Notes under the pieces: model-generated
What the model was told of the DNA's origin: nothing
Database searches by the model: none
What the model saw: only the letters and a program-made list of their open reading frames with translations
Made by a program: the position numbers and the translations under genes
In this document: positions 1 to 12,934 of the stretch, piece by piece
Layout of the letters: each line of letters opens with the position of its first letter
Position numbering within the stretch: position 1 is the stretch's first letter
DNA from: Moniliella sp. 'wahieum'
Taxonomy: Eukaryota
DNA: 64,000 nt
Direction: 5' to 3'
NCBI GenBank assembly: GCA_003971905.1
Contig: RSEE01000079.1
Coordinates: 248,001 to 312,000 of the forward strand

Positions 1-1309
1 CCAATTCATCCGGGGCACCTGGGGAAAGGAGGGGGGGTGGTCACCCAACTTCTTCCACTCCTCTTTTTCAACAACAAAGAGAACCCAAACAGATCAAGAC
101 GGTTGACGCATAGCGCCCGTTCATTTCCCATGCCCAATGGACCCCACTGGCACCAGGCATGCGGAACCAAACAACTACCAAACGCATCCAATTTTGATGC
201 CAAACGACCTTGGACCGCATTTACTCCAAGTTTCCAATTTTCTTTCACACCTATAACTGGTGCTTTTTACTTTTGCCCACCAAATCGCTTCGGGGCGCAA
301 CCCCTACTACTTTTACTTCTAAGACTTCTACAAGCATCTGGCGGTCGCACAATACACCAACCACAAGCGCTCGGCTCGTTCAGGTGTCATCCTGGACAGC
401 GGGGTGTAGGCCAGTCGTGTGGCCATGCAACTCCAGGCCATTCGTCCCGGTTGCCACTCAAGTCCTCCCCTCTACATCCACTGGCAGGAGCTCATCCCAC
501 AACCGATGTCTCCGGGTTCCCTGGCCAGCGGGGGTGTTGACTGTGATCCTCTGGCTCCCAGTCGGTAGACCAGGTTCGCCTCGGTTCCATCGGCTTCCAC
601 GCTGACGTCCCTGCGTGTCACTGTCCCTGTGCCCTGCACTCTCTCCTGTGTGACTCACTGTCCCTGTGCCTAGTCCAGCCTCCTATAGATGCCTCTGTAC
701 CCAGACCCAACTCTGGCTCCAATCCATCACCTTCTCCTCATCCTTCTGCCCGTCCGGCTCCCTAGGCCAACAGCCATGTGATGTCGCCCCATGCGCCGCG
801 GGGCAGAGGATCGTCTCGAGCGATGAAGGCCATAGTGAGGGGTGGTTAAACGTTAACGACAGGTCGGGGGGCAGAACGAAGAGCCACAGGACGGTGGAGT
901 TGGAAGTAATAGCGCAACGAGAAATGGAATGGTATCCATTGCCGCGTTATTGGTTGCGGAAGCTGGGCCACCTTGTGCATTTCCGACAGAGAATCGAGGC
1001 CCGAAGACCGAGCACACGGTAGATTATGGAAGATCCCTGCACGCTTCAACGCTACTGCCTAGTCTGGCAGGGCCCACACGTAAGCACCCTTATATATCCT
1101 CCCGTTTGTCCTTGGCGCTTGAAGCTTGAACATTAAAACACTGCCGCCCAGTATCGATCCAGTATCCCCTCGATAGTGGGTCCCACCCGATGCGTGCCAG
1201 GGTACAACAGGGTACAACTCGGGAGTACTCGGGGATCTACCCAGTGGATCGACTGCGGAGCAACCTCCAAGCTTCAGATCCAGACAAGGCGAGGGGGTCA
1301 AGTGCTCCA

Positions 1310-1520
1310 GTCTAGTGAGTGCTAAGCGCAAGCTGAGCCTCGCTAGTGCTGCTCAGCCTGAGCGCAGTGACTAGTGACTAGCTCAGTGACTAGTGAGCCG
1401 CTCAGACGTACTGAGCTGAGCTTCAGCGCTGAGCCGCTGAGCGCTCGCGGTGATCGACGTTGATCGATGATCGACCCTCAGGCCCTGAGGCCTGAGGCTC
1501 AGCGCGCGCGCGCCTCGGCG
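1310..1520. repeat. Mosaic 7-nt-phased TNA/palindromic-hexamer cluster
   Basis: Adjacent blocks tgactag-tgactag, tcagcgc-tgagc, tgatcga-tgatcga and tgaggcc-tgagg (ACTAGT, AGCGCT, ATCGAT, AGGCCT, each plus one spacer base). Confidence 0.85.
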
Positions 1521-1543
1521 AGGCCCACCCAAGTCTTCAAGCA

Positions 1544-1794
1544 CTAGAAGACCACCGGGCCTACGGCCCGGTCAGCTGGGGCTTCCCCAGCTTGGTCCTT
1601 GGTGCACCGTCGCCACCGTAGCCACCGTTCCCCCGTCGCCACCTTAGCCACCTTTCCACTGTTCCACGCTGGAGGAATTTTATCACCCATGTGCATGGCT
1701 GAGCACGCGGGGGTGGGGTGCGCATTCCGCCCGCCAAACAAATAGGTAAGCATGACGTAAAGAAAAAAGGGGGTCTGCGATATAAAAAGGGAGA
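1544..1794 (-). mobile_element. Non-autonomous Helitron (about 250 bp), apparently complete
   Basis: On the minus strand it starts A|TCtccctttttatat and ends with hairpin ACCGGGCC-GTA-GGCCCGGT, then 6 nt, then CTAG|T. It sits in an AT dinucleotide with no TSD. Related copies at 14504, 22165 and 59872. Confidence 0.8.
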
Positions 1795-2073
1795 TGAAGT
1801 GGTGAGCACAAGTCTTCAAGCACGTCTGTGAAGCAGGGCCGGTCCACCCCCCTGGATAAGTTGGAGGTTACCCGTTTCCAGGGCAGCCAGCTGTTCATTT
1901 GTGTCCCCTCACGCGCGCGCCACGTCCCATCCTATTCATTACTGAGGTACTGCGGCCTGAGGTCAGGCCTGACTCAGGTCTGAGGGCCACAATTGCGTCG
2001 AATTTATTGCCGTGAATAGGGCAAAAGATGCGTCGAGGGCCCGAGCAGAGAGAAAGAAAAGAAGCTCAAGCGC

Positions 2074-3661
2074 TTAGCCAGCATGTGCTACAATCTCCGT
2101 CTGGAGCTTGCCGCCGGGGAAGGTGTGTTTCATCTGTTCCGGCAAAGCAAGCTCCGTAAACTCGTCCGACCCATTCTTGGGGACCGACACGTTGATTGCA
2201 GAGCACTTGGCCGTGACCAAGTCAACCTCAAGCGATTCAGCCGAGAGGTAAATCTGGCCCGAATCGCACCCATCAAGGAGAATGGTGGGCACCTTGCCAG
2301 TCACCTGCACCTCAAACGAGGGGGAGTGGGTGATATCGACAGATGCCACCACCGAGTCAAACACGAGCGAGAGCTTGGTGCACCCCACAATATTAATTTG
2401 GTTCACCTTGCCCTTGATCTGGATGGTAGATGAATTGCAATGGAAGATATTGACGGTATGGCCCAGTTCCGTGTCCTTAATGACGATGTTGCGTTCGTTC
2501 TCCTGGTTCTCCACGATCCACTTGTTCCCCTCTAGGGCCAAGACAGGTGGCTTCTTCGCTCGCAGTGAAGCTGGCTTAGAGGGTACCTTAGGCCGCGCAG
2601 AGCCATGCGGGTTGGAGCTGTCGGTGTGGCCGCGCAACTCGGGGTTCTTGTGGGTCTTCTGCGATTCGTCTACCTTCTTGAGTGCCTTGGTGATGCCCTC
2701 GCCCTTGTTCAATTGGGCAAAGACTGCGTCCATACCGCCAGCAGGTGCAGATGTCGCAACAGGGGGAGGAGGAGGGGGAGGCACGGGAGCACCAGGCGGA
2801 GCAGGGGCCGCAGGGGCAGGAGGAGCTCCATCACTTGTTCCGGGAATCTTAAACGATAACGCATCACCTCCCTTGGGGTTCCAAGCCAAACCAGTGGTGT
2901 GGTACTGCTTGACGTACGCCTGAAGTGCGGTGAGCACTGCAGCAAGCGCTCGGGTCCACTCAACATGGGTCTTGTCCGTGTCCTTAAACTCCTTGATCAC
3001 CCGGTTCGAGTAAAACTGCGCCGCATCCTTCATTTCCCCTACAAAGGGAGCAGGTTTGGGCTCAACAGCCACCCAACCCACAGCAGGAGCACCCTCTGAA
3101 ACAGCCGATAGATGATTGAACAGCTTCCGCTCCCCTCGATTTTTCTCTCGCACCTCAGTTGTAGCCATAACCGAGTCCTGCAACGGCCTGAGCAGCACTT
3201 CACACCCAGGTGTCGCAAATCCTCGGCCGGCTTCTTGCTCTCAGCAGCGATCCATATAAGTGCACGCTGCGCATCGAACGTCTTAGCAAAGTCACTCGCC
3301 TGGTCGGACACCAGCCCGCCAATCTGGTTACTGAGTTCGACAACTTGGCCAGCGGGTCCTTAATTGCTTCGTCGAAGGCTTCCACTGCCTTGGGTACCTC
3401 AGGCGCAGCAGGTTCGACAACCGGAGGGGGTGGGGGAGGGGGGGGAGGAGGAGGTGGGGCGCTGCCAGATGCAGCCACTGACGCAGCGGCCCCAGCAACC
3501 GCGCCAGCTGCGACAGCCGGTGCAGTGGAAGCCGCAACTGGCTGGGGGGCAGGGGGAGCACCAGCAGCCTGCGCCTCCGCCAGGTCCTCGAGACGGGAAG
3601 TGGCGGCTTCAAGGCGCTTGATGATCGTCGTCAGGTTTCCCAGAGGGGAAGGAGCGGCCAT
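2074..3661 (-). CDS. SRV2: Adenylyl cyclase-associated protein CAP/Srv2 (frameshifted in this sequence)
   Basis: N-terminal RLE motifs (IIKRLEAATSRLEDLA), AAQFYSNRV helical domain, polyproline tracts, WH2-like LKKVDESQKTHKNPELR and a C-terminal CARP domain. Spread over three ORF frames. Confidence 0.95.
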
Positions 3662-3982
3662 CGTGCGAGATGGGAAGCCAGAAGGGGGGTGTGGTGGTGG
3701 TTCACCTGTCAGAGACCTGCGCTTTGTGCGCTCAGGCCTCGCCTTGATGCGATCGATACGACCACCCCAGCGCAGGTTAGAGTGGCGCACTAATCGATCT
3801 CATCAGGTGCAGGGGCAGTGCCACGTGTGTGATGCAAGCCATCTTACGTGAGCATATCCATGAAATGTTCACGGCATACAGGCAAATATCAATTCAATCA
3901 AGATGAAAGCATGCTTCGCAAGTCCTTGTTTCACCGCCACCGCCTCCATCCCCTTCTCCTCCTCCTCATCTCCATATCCCAG

Positions 3983-4586
3983 ATGCGCCCATACCACCTT
4001 CATTCATCCGTGCCATCGTAAGCGCTATTGCGCCTGCCATTACACAGAGGCTCACGGTTGCTGTATGTATCCGTCTTGGTGGCGCGCCATTCTACGCACC
4101 GCACCTGCGCTAACTTTGCGGACAGATGATGCGATCCCCCACATTCCACCGCCTCGTGGCCAGGGCAGTGCACCAGATCGACCACCTTCCAGCCCGTCTT
4201 GCTGAGGGGAAGCCAATCCCAAGTTCAAGGGTCCGCCCATCATTGAACGGGAAGCGATTGAGAAGAAGTGTGCGTTTTCGTTGCTCCCCTGTTGTACTCC
4301 ACCAGTGGCTAATTCATCCTTCTGGCAGTTGTTCCACAAAGAAGATTATGGGGAACCACATGACATGGAGGATCCGTTTTCGCCTTCCAAGGGTCCAATG
4401 CGTCTTGACGATGTAAAACCCGAGATGCGCAACACTTTCCGTCGAGCAGCGGATGAGGAGCGGGAGGCTCGTGAGGCGCGGCAAGAACGTCTGGACGAAC
4501 GCAAGAAGCCCTCCCGACCAGCAACCGATGACACGGATTGGTATATCCAAATGAAGCGAATGCAAGATAAGATGCGTGACGAATGA
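3983..4586 (+). CDS. Small hypothetical protein with MRX7-like N-terminus, two introns
   Basis: Introns gtatgt..ctaac..acag (about 4063-4125) and gt..ctaat..gcag (about 4268-4328). The segment MRSPTFHRLVARAVHQID resembles the L..SPGFHRFV motif of the Mrx7 family (recognised by eye). Confidence 0.45.
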
Positions 4587-5187
4587 GGGATGGCTGCCAA
4601 TTCCATGTTGATCTTCTTGCTCGCATGGCCTTACTCCTGCTCATGCGTCATCTCCTAGCTTTTTTTATCCTCTGTTCACTGATGGTACAGTATTCGTTCT
4701 TCGCAGTTGCCCATCTCTGTGCAACACTGGGGAGCATTCCTATCAATGCAATTGGGATTTCCGCAATCCAAGCTGGGACAACAGTCTTCCCCAGCCTTGG
4801 GCTAGGAGTGGATGCAACAGCCTTTTGTTGTACGTGCCCAGTCCTTGCTACGCCTCATCCCAAATCATGCTTTACCAGGCGACCTCTCCGCTCGGAATTT
4901 GTAATTAATCCACAAGCTCTGGCCCAATCGGGGGTGACAATGCATAACGATTAATGACAGTCGGTCGACAGCTGTGGGCGCGTCGAAGCGCGAGTAGGAG
5001 CGAGCGCGAACATGTCGAAGCTAAGAACCAGTGCCGGGGTATTTTAAGCTTCAGCAATACCGGAAGCGCTGGGGTACTTTAGGGTTAGTAAGCCTCCCGT
5101 CGCATGTGGCCAGTCTTGCTCACCAAGCAATAGCTGCTAATCAAAGCAGGTGGCGCAAGGCAGCCATTAGCCACATTGCCCGCATCG

Positions 5188-6990
5188 ATGGCTGAACTTA
5201 TGCTCTACGGAGATCCCCGCAACAGGTCCCCGCACCCACCCACCCAGCCCAAAAATTTGCCACGCCACCACATCTTGGGTCCAGATCATCAACTTCCCCC
5301 ATGGACGTATCTGCCTCACAAGAGAAGAAGAAGCGCGACGGTCGGCGGCACAAAGATGGCCGCAGGAAGGAGGACAAGGAAAGAGGGGAGAAAGAAGCGG
5401 ACTACGCCCGACTCTGAGACTAATTTTTACGACGCCACCCCTCCCCTGCGCAAGATGAGAGCGAATCGGGTGCTGCACCACGAGGTGCTCCCACAAACCC
5501 ACCTGCTTTCACTTAATTCGCCTACTCAGGAGGAACGTGAGGCAGAAATGCACGTGGGGGGGAGCGTTTCTCCCCGCGATAGCGCCGCGCCTCTATGGAC
5601 AAGATGGTCTCACAATTAGCCCATCCAGATGCGGGCGTGAAGGATCAGATGCGGATCTTGGACCTTGACTCAGGACAATCAGTTCCCCTGGACGAGGAAC
5701 ATCTCCTTCCTCCGGCCAATATCGCGTCCCCCAAACTTAAGGAAGTGTCAACAACCAAAGAGGGCACGTTGCACCGGGAAGATAATTCCGACTTGCCGTC
5801 TCAATTCCCTCTGGAGAATGCCCCCAGGCTTCCACCACGCCCCTCAGCAGTGGGAAAAAGCTCCTGGTTTCCCATGGCTGGGATGGGTGGGGCCGCATCA
5901 AGCCTCACTACGGGACTGTCAGGCTTTGGCCGGGGCTTGGCTGCGACCCTAGCAGCAGTTACAAGTCCCAGGAGTATCTGGATGACGGGCATGAGCAGCG
6001 TCTCTGTCTCCTCGAAGGGATGTGGACGAAGATCATGGGCTGAAGAGGTTATGCGCTTTGCTGAGGACCGCCACATTCTTCGATCGGATCACGATTCGGA
6101 TACGTTCCGTGAACTGGGGCTGCGCCTTGAACATGCGTGGAGAATGAAGGTGCGGTCTATTATTCCGCTATACCACAGTGGGGTACAGGTACTGACCATA
6201 TGAGCTGTTAGCTGGTGAGAGCCATGATCTGCGTGCTCGCTTGAAGGAGACGCAGGACGAATTAGAAGTCCTGGAGGACGAAAATTTGCACCTACGAGAC
6301 CAGTTGGGGGTATTGAGTGAGCAGATCGTCTTGCGAGATGATGAATTTCAAGCACTCCAACGGCTATGGTTTGTGATCACGAGAAGAACCGTGTGCTTGG
6401 ACGGAAGAAGAGGTCGAGAGCAGAAGCAGACGGGGCGCCTTCATGTTGTGGAACTCGAGCGGCGTTTGCAAGAACAGAGATCTTCTCTGCACAACTCCGT
6501 CTTGTTGTCCACGTTGTCAAATCGGGCCGCCGACGTCCTGGAGAAGGTCGATTTAGACCCTGAAAGGGGGAAAGCTCCGAGGTTGCACTGGAGGACCGGG
6601 CGGATGGTAAAAAGTCGACCGAAGGCGAGGAGGGGTGCGTAGAGGACGACTTGCTGTATCAACATTTCCCAAACCAGCCCGGCACGGTTCGTTCAACAGA
6701 GAAAAGTCTTCACATGCCTTTGGAGGAAATGCGGCAAGCTGGGCTGGTGGAGAGACATGTCCACATTGGAACCAGTGATGAGGCGAGATGGAGGAAACCA
6801 ATGCGGCCGCCCATGCTGCACGAGTCCTTTCGACACTGTGGCGGCCGATGCGTCGCTCATGGCGGCCTTGGAGGAGGAGAATGCAGCCCTACGTGGGTAT
6901 CAAGAGAGCAGAGCGCGCCGTTTTCGCGAGATGAAAGAAGAACTTGTTCTGTTGCGCCAACAACTGGCGGAGACAGATGCGCCGCAGTGA
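5188..6990 (+). CDS. Hypothetical coiled-coil protein (frameshifted, at least one intron)
   Basis: Chained same-strand ORFs with heptad-rich segments (LKETQDELEVLEDENLHLRDQLGVLSEQI; ALEEENAALR..LVLLRQQL). Intron gtgcgg..ctgac..ttag near 6150-6211. Confidence 0.5.
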
Positions 6991-7462
6991 GCAAGTGTTG
7001 AATGGGTGAGCTTGACACAACTTTTTCTCATCAAACGCATCACCTTGATCATGATCTTTGGGATGGAGTAAAGATGGTTCGTGTCCCCGCGCTTGTCTCT
7101 GAAGTTTACTGATCCTTGATCCGGCTCCGGCCAGGAACCAATTCATTTCTGGTGTCAAACAGTGGGCTGTGAGCAGGAGGATGATAGCCCGCATTTGGGC
7201 GGTGTTCCATCGGTTTAGGGCAACCTGGACACTTCCTCTTATATAGCTCAACGAAGCCTGCATGCATAACGACGGGTCAGGCAGGTAGGCGTATTATTTG
7301 CTTTCAATGCCCTCAAGGACAAAAGACAGCTGTAGAAGAGCAGAACATGCCTAATATTAGGAAGATGAATTGCAATGGACCTGTTCAGTGGGAGGGACGC
7401 GACGTAGTCGGTAGGACAAGTCCATTAGTACGGATGGCTGCCAGCAATGTGTTAGAAGGATA

Positions 7463-8429
7463 TCAATGCGGAATGAAATCAATGGGGACGAACCTGTTCT
7501 CGTCCGGCTGAATCTTATGCACTGCTTGCACAACACGGAAGACACCGTCCTGGGTGCGGACCTGGACCATGGTCGGCGAATGTGAATACTTCAGCGCCAG
7601 GGCAAGTGGGCCGGGGGGAAATTGTCGCTAGCCCAGACTGTCTGGAACAGGGGTTGTCCGGCAATATTTTGCGAATCTGGCCCACGAGTTGCTTAAACGT
7701 CGACAATAGGTCGTCGGCCTCGTCGCAGATCAGCACTTTCAAGTGCGATGTGGTGAGATGGTCACGGTCCAATAGATGGAAGATGCGACCGGGGGTGCCG
7801 ACCACAATTTGCGGGCGACGCGAAAGCGCTTCAATGTCAGTCACAGTCGAGGTGCCGGCAACACAGGCGTAGACCTTAGCCGTCATGCCGCTACGTGGTG
7901 CCGTCTCTTCTCCACCCAGAACACGGATGGCCTTGGCAATGCGAATGGCACGATCTTTGCTGGCGGAAAGGATGAGGGCCTGGACATGGACGCGCGAAGG
8001 GTCGACCAGCTGCAGAGCGGAGAGGGCATGGGAGATGAGACGGCCCGTATCCGATGGGCTTTGGATCAACACGTTCCGCCCACGCACGATAGGAACCAGG
8101 GCGACGGACTGGAGCGCCGTCGGTTTCATGTATCCGTTTTCCCGCAGGGCTGCCACTAACTCAGGCTTAAGACCCATCAGGTCAAAGGAGCCTACCTCGT
8201 GGTCGTAGTTGGGTTGGAACTTGGACGGTGACGAAACAGAGGGGGTACCGACCTGCGGCAACGGCAGTGGCACGGGTGCATCCTCCAGGCCGGCAGTCTC
8301 CTCAGCCTTGGGAGGCGATGCAATAGGGCCAGGGGGAGGGATGGCGGAAGCAGCGACGTGGGCCGACCGGAGCGAACTCACCTCGGCCTCAAGAGCGGCG
8401 AGGCGGGCTTCAAGCTGGTCCAGGGACAT
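7463..8429 (-). CDS. eIF4A-like DEAD-box protein, N-terminal RecA domain only, degenerate motif I
   Basis: Q-motif region FDLMGLKPELV..GYMKPTALQ, motif Ib VVGTPGRI and motif II ICDEAD. After one frameshift it reads LALALKYSHSPTMVQV..FIPH-stop. No helicase C-terminal domain follows. Confidence 0.8.
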
Positions 8430-9355
8430 GGTGGAATGGGCGAGCGGGTGGAGGGAGGAGAGGAGAAAAGAGGGGGGGGTGCGGAGCAATGGAGAAGGAA
8501 TACTACTCTTTTCTCGACGCGGGGGATAAAAGGCAGATGGTGCCAACCCTACCACAGCTTCTCTCTCGATCAGCTGAGGCCGCCAGACGTAGTCACAGGC
8601 CAGGGCGCGCCAGGTTTGGGTAGAGCCGGAGAGGTAGAATATAGAACTGAGGTGGAAGGCGACTAGCGACGAGATGTGAGATCATCTCGATCACGGTGTG
8701 ACTTTGCGCCCACCATCTGCCGCTTCATCTGGCCCGCAGCAGCACCAAAGCCGTCGAACGCCGGGAGTCCACAGCTGGCTGGCTCGCACTGTTCTCATAT
8801 ATCTCAGCTTGCGGGGCTCGGGCAGTCTGTAGCTGGGCCTTCTGTAGCTGATCCCCCGTGCTTCAAGCTTCAGCGAGCTCATGCTCTCCGACGAAAGCTG
8901 CTCAGGCTGATCGCGCTGAACAGGCTGAAGAAGCCCAGAGCGAGACGGAGGGAGAGGAAAAATCAATCTGTCACCCTGGTCCGTGCACTTTCAAAATGCG
9001 GAGGCACAGGGGCAGTGCACAAAATCTCTCCACTCCGGTACAATAGTTTGTCCTCGACCCAAATCCCATGCACACCTCCACCACGATGCCGGTGCTCGAG
9101 AAGATGAGATCCAAGATTGATCTGAGAGCAATCGACCATCTTGGCCACCACCCCGTCATGTGTGACAAAACGCGTCAACGCGCCCGCTTCAACGTGTTCT
9201 CAGCGTTTAATGTTTAACGTTCAATAATTCAACGTTCAACGTTCAATGTTTGCTTCTGTACTTAGTCCAGCCATATTTTGCCTTCAAGCCCCACAATTTC
9301 GTCTTCCCAGTACGCTTTTTTCATTCCCCCACTGAAGCTAAGAGAGGGCTCTGGT

Positions 9356-9609
9356 TGTTAGAGGGTACTGCTAGGGTTCTCCTGCGCGGCCCTCAATGGA
9401 TCGGTGACGCTCGCCTAGCCGAGCGGAAGCGTTCCGCTCGCAGGCCACGCACGCCCTGCTCGCTCCATCTCCCTTCTCTCTCTCCTTTCTCCTTCCCTTC
9501 AGACGTTGCTTGAAGACTTGTGGCTCACCACTTTGCCTTCACGCCTTGTCTGAAGGCTGCTTCGCAGCTGATCCATAGGATCGCGAGTGCTCCCAGTCGC
9601 ACTCTAGCA
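9356..9609 (+). mobile_element. Solo LTR, 254 bp (family A)
   Basis: TGTTAGAG...CTCTAGCA termini, a perfect 5-bp TSD CTGGT (9351-9355 and 9610-9614), and a near-identical inverted copy at 39955-40211. Strand assignment is arbitrary. Confidence 0.9.
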
Positions 9610-10608
9610 CTGGTGACCTTCCGCGGCTCACCTTTTTGAAGAACATGGGCCCACAGAGCTGTCTGAACAAAGGTCAAAGACTCGACCACGGTAGCGAGTG
9701 AACAGCTGTGAACAGACGTAAACAGACGGACCCACTCCCGCCGTTTTCACTTCACTTTCCACGTACATATGATGTTGGAAGCTATCTGGAGTATATACGA
9801 GAGTATGGACGGGAGAGATTGTCTCCTGGGAGAGCAATCAGGCATCCCTTAAGCATCCTTGATCAAGACTACTGAAGATCTCCATTGCTAAAATAAGGTA
9901 CAAAACCACCGGAGGAACCCAAGGGGTTCGATTGAGTACCTTTGAAGAAGTGAACAATGCAAGGGCGATGGGGAAGGAGAGATAAGTATCAATACCTCCT
10001 ATCACAGTCTGCGGAAGAGACATGGGTTCGAACGAGCCAATATGTATATGCACGTAGAGGTTTTGGAGGTTATCGAGGAAAAACAAAGGGTCATTGACGA
10101 TACGGCTCAAAGCATCTGTGGGTCTAGCTACGGAACCTTCGGTTCCAACATAAGGTGCTCACAATAGAGGCGCAGGTTGGGCGGGCAGGCAAGGGTACGT
10201 CCATGCGACTGTATCCTAATGGCAACCCAACAACATCGATGGAGTGGGTAAATCGAGGGGCGTGGCTACATCCTCGGGGTACTCATTGATTAACATCGAT
10301 TGAACGTCGGCTCAACGCCTGCTGATCAACGTTCCAAGACAAGCGAACTCGTTGGCTCAGCCAGAACATACACGACAGCTTGCCCTTAGGACAAGCTGGA
10401 GGTCAGGGAGGAAAGGAGGATAGACAGGGCCCAACCGCCAATGAGTCCTCATCAAGCAGAAAAGAATTTCTACCCCCAGGCCACGGGGACCACGAGAGCA
10501 GCGACGTAGAATTACTGAAGTACACCAAGAGGCACTGTAGGACATGTGTGGATGAACAAGAAGCCAAATGAGCCTCGCCGAAGGCGGAAGGCGCGATAAT
10601 CAGCAGAC

Positions 10609-11284
10609 TTAAAGTAAAGTGCACTTGGGCTTTTTGCGCACCACAGGTGGCTCAAGCGCAGCGACGATCGCCTCATCAACACGTTCTTGAGCCCCTTCTG
10701 GGTGAGCGCTGAACATTCGACGTACTTGACAGCACCCAATTCGCGCGCCAACTTCTCTCCTTGCTCAGGGTGAGAGGATGTTGCCTCGAACGCGACAACT
10801 TCTCCACCACCACTCGGTCCTCCCTTAGGTCGATCTGGGTACCGACCACCAGAAAAGGTACACCGGGGCAGTGGTGCCTCACCTCGGGAAGCCACTTTTC
10901 CCGTACATTCTCAAATGAAGCAGGCGAGGTAACGCTAAAGCAGAGAAGAAACACATCTGTTTGCGGATAGGAGAGTGGACGCAGCCGGTCATAGTCCTCT
11001 TGCCCTGCAGTGTCAAACAATCCAAGCGTGTAGGGATCGTCCCCAATCATGACCGTCACGGCATAGTTGTCAAACACCTGAACTGGAGTTAGGACCGAGA
11101 TAGCCAGAGGAGTATACGTACCGTTGGAAACATACTCGGAGGGAAACTTATTAGTCGTGTAGGAGATGAGGAGGCAAGTCTGTAGGCGTGGTCAGCTGTT
11201 GTGCATAGCCAACGGGGGGGGGGGGGGGGGGGGGTCCTTTCCCACAGCGCCGTCGCCAACGACGACGCACTTAATGGTCTGCAT
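10609..11284 (-). CDS. CDC42: Rho-family GTPase Cdc42, two introns
   Basis: [69 protein letters not shown] and C-terminal [12 protein letters not shown]. Confidence 0.97.
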
Positions 11285-11654
11285 CCGAGTTGATCAGAAG
11301 TACGAATAGAATGAGGAGGACGTTGTGGTGAAAGTGGCGACAGAGAAGGGGAATACAGGGTGGGTGGTGGTGTTGTATGAACGCCCCAGGTTGGCTTCAG
11401 CAGCCTCTGGCCCTCGCTCGCTGCCCGTGGCGGACGTTGGAGAGCATACTGCCCCGTTGCCTGCGTTGTGCTATGACATAAGCGCCTGCGGGCCAGGCCA
11501 GAGTGATTAATCAATTGGCTTGTTTGTGCCCAGGCGGGGTAATGATGGCAAAACATAGCAGTCGACGCCGGTGCCACCCCCCACCTCCCCGCCATTAAGG
11601 GTTCCTCGATGGGTTTGCCGGTGATACTATTGCTCTAAGCGGCGGGTTCAGGAA

Positions 11655-12934
11655 TCAGTTAGAATGTGTCTCCGAACTGCCGCCAATGCAGTCCTCGCAA
11701 CCGCGCTCGTACTCCGCTGGCGGGACGGGCCGGCCATTTTTCCGCATGAGCCACACCCACCACGACTCGTCCTGTGCCCCCCGCTCATTCCAGTCGGTTA
11801 AGAGCAGATCTTTGGTCAATGTCTCCATCCGATGCAGCACCAACGAGGGTGACCAGCCCAACTTGCCCATCGTGTCATACACGATCGCTTGCCCGCATGG
11901 CAACGGGATTCCATCGCATACCCGAATTGCCCACAGGGACTCATCTGTCCAACGCACTGCCCCCGCGCAAGTGGGTCTGCGGTATGGTAGACATGTACGA
12001 TCGGAAGGTCTTCGACATCCCCCTCGGGAACATCACCCGGCACTGGGAGGTGCAGTCTGCGTGCTGCAAGACGGTCCCTGGGGCTTCGAAGGTGACCGTT
12101 GGCAAGCCGTAGGTCATCCCCATCAGCGATGCCAGCACCGCCCCAAAGGAATGGCCTGTGAGCCATATCTGGGCCTCTGGGTAAAGGCGTGTGACTAGGT
12201 GTACACCTCGGTAGCGGTGCGGTAGTAATAGCTTCCTTCCAAGAGCGCTTTGGACACAGGATGCTCCACAGCCCCTGCCTCCGTTGGGCTGAAAGCACCC
12301 GCACACGGTGGACGGTGACCAGCTTACCCGTGCACAGCAACACGATAAGAGGAGATTGTCGTTTGCTTTATCCTCAATCGTGCCCCAGTACCCCCGGGGA
12401 GGAATGGGGGGGAGCTTCCCCGTATGGACACGACCACTGTTTCGTTGGAGTGAGAAACAAACACGTGCCCCTTCACCCCTCCCACATCCCAAGACAATGT
12501 GCGGTTATAGCCGTCCATCGGCTCCCATGAAGTTTTCATATATAGGCGTACTGAGCCATTCTCCCAATGCGAGTAAAGTACGTCGATCCGACACATCAGG
12601 GGCCTTCACGCGCACATCCTCCCACTCTGCCTGGGTAATGGGGCAGGCGTCCGACAAGTTATTCGCTTTTAACCTGGTCTCTGGAACACGTCGACGACGG
12701 TATGAGGTCCACCGTGACCTCAAAGTAAATCTGGTACTTTCCGGGGTACCGAGTTGCTCGTCTCCTCCCTGACCCCAGGGAGAACATAATGTCTCTGCTG
12801 TGGTAGTAGGCCACAGTGGTTGGAGATGAAGCGCTACCCAGGCGGGTAACGACAGACCCGATACCTCAGTCAAAGGGATTGCCCGACGCTGATTGAAAGA
12901 GAAGAGAAAGGAGCACAAAGATATGAGCCGGCAT
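11655..12934 (-). CDS. ATG15: Autophagy lipase Atg15 (frameshifted)
   Basis: N-terminal hydrophobic anchor, VKAPDVSDRRTLLAL, GHVFVSHSNETVVVSIRG, DNLLLSCCCARVSWS, and lipase nucleophile elbow IWLTGHSFG..LPTVTFEAPG. Confidence 0.9.

Noticed and set aside
1..1330. Minus-strand ORF fragments as retrotransposon gag/protease
   Set aside because: No zinc knuckle or D(S/T)G motif could be recognised with confidence.
11213..11236. Non-canonical GA donor in CDC42 intron 1
   Set aside because: It is adjacent to a 22-nt homopolymer, so a dropped T (GT donor) is more likely.
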